Of a stretch of DNA of 59,113 nt, positions 55,885-59,113 are shown one piece after another; position 1 is the first letter of the stretch, and each line of letters begins with the position of its first letter. Position numbers and translations under genes: made by a program. This DNA is from Limisphaerales bacterium. Its GTDB lineage: Bacteria > Verrucomicrobiota > Verrucomicrobiia > Limisphaerales > UBA11358. Below the pieces are notes generated by a model. It did no database searches and was not told where the DNA came from. It saw only the letters and a program-made list of their open reading frames with translations. Location: contig PLAY01000151.1 of the NCBI GenBank assembly GCA_003134375.1, forward strand, positions 1 through 59,113, given 5' to 3'.

Positions 55885-57720
55885 ATGCCACTGAATGAAT
55901 TGATTCAGAAACTGATTCACACGTTGGAAACCGGACGGGGGACGCGTTATTTGTGGTTCATCGCACTGGGGCTGGCAATTGTGGGGCTGGCATTCCTTTA
56001 TGATGGGCGTGCATATCGGAATCTCGCCACACAAGAAGCGATGGATTCGGCGCAACTGGCACGCAACATCGCGGATGGCAAAGGTTACACCACGTTGTTT
56101 ATCCGCCCGTTCAGTCTTTACCTCGTGCAAAGCCACAACGAGGCCAAACATGCAGCGGCGCCGGCAACCACCAACCTGGATTTCGCACAAATCAAATTCA
56201 ACCCCCATCCGGACCTGGCGAATCCGCCGGTATATCCACTGGTACTGGCCGGACTGATGAAAGTGCTGCCGTTTCATTACCCGGTCGAACTCAAAAAACC
56301 TTTTTGGAGCGAAAACAGCCATTTCTGGCGTTATCAGCCGGATTTCCTGATTGCGATGTTCAACGAGATTCTTCTGCTGGCGGTGGTCGCGCTGACATTT
56401 TTCCTCGCGCGAAAATTGTTTGACGTGAACGTGGCGTGGTTGGCGGCGCTCTTGACCATCGGCTGTGAATTGCTGTGGCGATTCAGCGTATCGGGCCTGT
56501 CCACCATCTTGCTGCTGGTGATTTTTCTGGGGCTGACTTGGTGTGTTCTGCGGATCGAAGAAGTGGCGCGCGAACCACAGCCGCGCCCGAACTGGCTGCT
56601 GGGGCTGGCCCTGGCGTCAGGCGTGTTAACGGGCGTGGGTGCGTTGACCCGGTATGCGTTCGGCTGGACGATTATTCCCGTCGCGTTGTTCCTGTTTTTC
56701 TTCAGCGGTCAACGGCGGATGCTGCACACGTTGGCGGCATTGGGCGTATTTGTGATGGTGTTGACACCGTGGGTGGCCCGTAATTATGCGGTCAGCGGCA
56801 CGCCGTTTGGTACGGCGGGTTTTGCCATCGTTGAAGGAACGGCGTTCTTTCCGCGATTCCAATTGGAACGGTCGGTGCATCCCGACTTCGCGCACGTACT
56901 CTGGTTCAAGCCGTATCTGTCGAAATTGACGGGGAATGCGAATGACATTTTGGCGAACGACCTGCCGAAACTGGGCGGCAGTTGGGCGAGCATTTTGTTC
57001 CTGGCCGGCTTGCTGCTGGGTTTTCGCGGGATGGCCGCGCGGCGAATGCGTTATTTTTTGCTCATGTGCCTGGGTACGTTCATTGCTGTCCAGGCGCTGG
57101 GGCGGACCCGGCTTTCGGATGAATCCCCGGAACTGAATTCCGAAAACCTGATCGTGCTGCTCGCACCGCTGGTGTTCATTTATGGCGTGAGTTTTTTCTT
57201 CACCTTCCTGGATCAGATGAAGCTGGTGGTACCGCAATTGCGTTACGTTGTTATTGCGGTATTCGTAGCGTTGTCGTGTTTGCCGATGATTTTGATTTCC
57301 ACACTCTTGGCGCCCAAAACGTCGCCGGTGGTTTATCCGCCGTATTATCCACCGGACATCCAGAACATTGCGGGCTGGATGAAGGAAAATGAACTGATGA
57401 TGAGCGACGTGCCGTGGGCGGTCGCGTGGTATGGTCGGCATCAATGTGTTTGGCTGACGCTAAACGCGCAGGACGATTTCTTTGCCATCAACGATTACTT
57501 GAAGCCGGTGCAGGCGCTCTACCTCACGTCCGTAACAATGGACGGCAAATTCGTCTCCGACTTGTTGCGCTCCGGTGAACACAGTTGGGGCAGTTTCATC
57601 GCCTTGGGAGTGTTGCAAAATCAAATTCCGCAGGGTTTCCCGCTCCGCAACTCGCCGACCGGCTTTTTGCCCGACCGCCTGTTCCTCACGGACCGGGAAC
57701 GTTGGAAAACAGCACAATAG
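55885..57720 (+). CDS. Multi-pass membrane glycosyltransferase (GT-C/ArnT-PMT-like)
   Basis: Many TM helices; acidic residues in the first periplasmic loop (QEAMD); PWVARNY motif. Confidence 0.75.
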   Translation: MPLNELIQKLIHTLETGRGTRYLWFIALGLAIVGLAFLYDGRAYRNLATQEAMDSAQLARNIADGKGYTTLFIRPFSLYLVQSHNEAKHAAAPATTNLDFAQIKFNPHPDLANPPVYPLVLAGLMKVLPFHYPVELKKPFWSENSHFWRYQPDFLIAMFNEILLLAVVALTFFLARKLFDVNVAWLAALLTIGCELLWRFSVSGLSTILLLVIFLGLTWCVLRIEEVAREPQPRPNWLLGLALASGVLTGVGALTRYAFGWTIIPVALFLFFFSGQRRMLHTLAALGVFVMVLTPWVARNYAVSGTPFGTAGFAIVEGTAFFPRFQLERSVHPDFAHVLWFKPYLSKLTGNANDILANDLPKLGGSWASILFLAGLLLGFRGMAARRMRYFLLMCLGTFIAVQALGRTRLSDESPELNSENLIVLLAPLVFIYGVSFFFTFLDQMKLVVPQLRYVVIAVFVALSCLPMILISTLLAPKTSPVVYPPYYPPDIQNIAGWMKENELMMSDVPWAVAWYGRHQCVWLTLNAQDDFFAINDYLKPVQALYLTSVTMDGKFVSDLLRSGEHSWGSFIALGVLQNQIPQGFPLRNSPTGFLPDRLFLTDRERWKTAQ

Positions 57721-57722
57721 TT

Positions 57723-58787
57723 CTACGCCGATGCCCGCCGCAACCGGTCGGCAATGCCCGACCACTCCGGCGATGCCGGCGGCGTTTCGACGACGATCAA
57801 TTCCGCGCCCGCCTCGTCACAACGGTGCAACTCCGCGTAAATCGCCCGCGCAAACGCCTGTGCGTCATGCGGAATCACGCTCACCTGCGCAAAATGTTCC
57901 GCCGATGGAATGTGCGTATGCGCGATGACAAAGCAAGTTGAGGGTTGAGGGCGTAAGGCCCCGTGGGGGCCACGCCCCTTTACGGGGTTGAGGGTTGAGA
58001 GTTGAAAGCGCAAATCCCTTTCGTCACGCCAGTTCAAGACGAACAATTTTGCCTTTGGCGCATAATGTTTTCTCAACAAGCCCGGACTCTTCAACTTTGA
58101 ATGTTGGATGTTGGATGCCGGCTCGCGATGTGTCGGAGTTGGATGTTGGATGTTTTCCATCACCGCCTCGAGTGAAACCGCGTGAATCATCCCCGGACGC
58201 AAAACTTGCGGCGGCGACACCGTCAAATCGAGCACGGCGGACTCGATGCCAACTTGCGATTGGCCGCCATCCACGATCAAAGAAATTTTATCGCCGAGCT
58301 GCCGGTGAACATGCTCGGCGTTCGTTGGCGAAACATGCCCGGACAAATTCGCGCTCGGGGCGGCGAGCGGGAATCCGCATTCGCGAATCACCGCTTGAAT
58401 AAACGGATGACCCGGCCAGCGCACCCCGACCGTCTTGCCACCGGCCGTCACGATGCCAGGAATTTTCTTTGCGCACGGCAGCACGATTGTCAGTGGACCG
58501 GGCCAAAATGCTCGCGCCAATTTTTCCGCCGGGTCCGGCCACACCGTGACGCAGCGTTTTGCCATTTCGACGCTCGCGATATGGACAATAATCGGATTAT
58601 TCGCCGGACGGTTTTTGATTTGGAAAATTTTGGCGACGGCCTTTTTGTCCAATGCGTTCGCGGCCAGGCCATAGACCGTTTCCGTCGGCAGTGCCACAAC
58701 TTCACCTGCACGCAACAATTCCGTGGCGCGCTTCACAGCAGTGTCAAACAACGCGGGCGTATGCGTGGACAGGACTTCAGCGATCAC
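57723..58787 (-). CDS. tsaC: L-threonylcarbamoyladenylate synthase (Sua5 type)
   Basis: PTETVYGL, KNRPANNPIIVH, APSAN, HYAP and Sua5 C-terminal domain. Confidence 0.96.
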   Translation of the reverse strand: MIAEVLSTHTPALFDTAVKRATELLRAGEVVALPTETVYGLAANALDKKAVAKIFQIKNRPANNPIIVHIASVEMAKRCVTVWPDPAEKLARAFWPGPLTIVLPCAKKIPGIVTAGGKTVGVRWPGHPFIQAVIRECGFPLAAPSANLSGHVSPTNAEHVHRQLGDKISLIVDGGQSQVGIESAVLDLTVSPPQVLRPGMIHAVSLEAVMENIQHPTPTHREPASNIQHSKLKSPGLLRKHYAPKAKLFVLNWRDERDLRFQLSTLNPVKGRGPHGALRPQPSTCFVIAHTHIPSAEHFAQVSVIPHDAQAFARAIYAELHRCDEAGAELIVVETPPASPEWSGIADRLRRASA

Positions 58788-58790
58788 ACG

Positions 58791-59113
<323 letters not shown>

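Overview
Bacterial chromosomal window. The gene set, PEP-CTERM cargo and short palindromic/heptamer repeats suggest Verrucomicrobiota; this is inferred from gene style, not from a database search. The housekeeping backbone is ffh, a LuxR-type two-component pair, fba, addB, msrB, recQ, a C-terminal-half carB, LysM/ABC/NtrC-type genes and tsaC. It is interrupted by two tRNA-integrated elements bounded by exact direct repeats. Element 1 spans 2004-14568 at tRNA-Tyr with a 59-bp att. Element 2 spans 35619-50301 at tRNA-Leu(GAG) with a 37-bp att. Both have a tyrosine integrase, a large unknown ORF, excisionase/AlpA-like HTH genes in two copies, a replication protein with iteron-like repeats and decaying defence-type cargo. 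No capsid or conjugation genes were recognised in either, so they resemble a family of phage-satellite/IME-like elements. The strongest unexplained signal is a ~130-185 bp non-coding hairpin repeat shared by both elements. It lies in the same orientation relative to the integrase, shows one compensatory base-pair change, and sits at backbone/cargo junctions. Other candidates are an attP-spanning integrase promoter and start codon, a terminator/antiterminator leader, a tRNA-like cloverleaf, a TCCG-rich fold-back region, relic elements at both tRNA loci, and selfish repeats inserted in-frame in AddB, RecQ and TsaC. All protein family calls come from motif recognition by eye.
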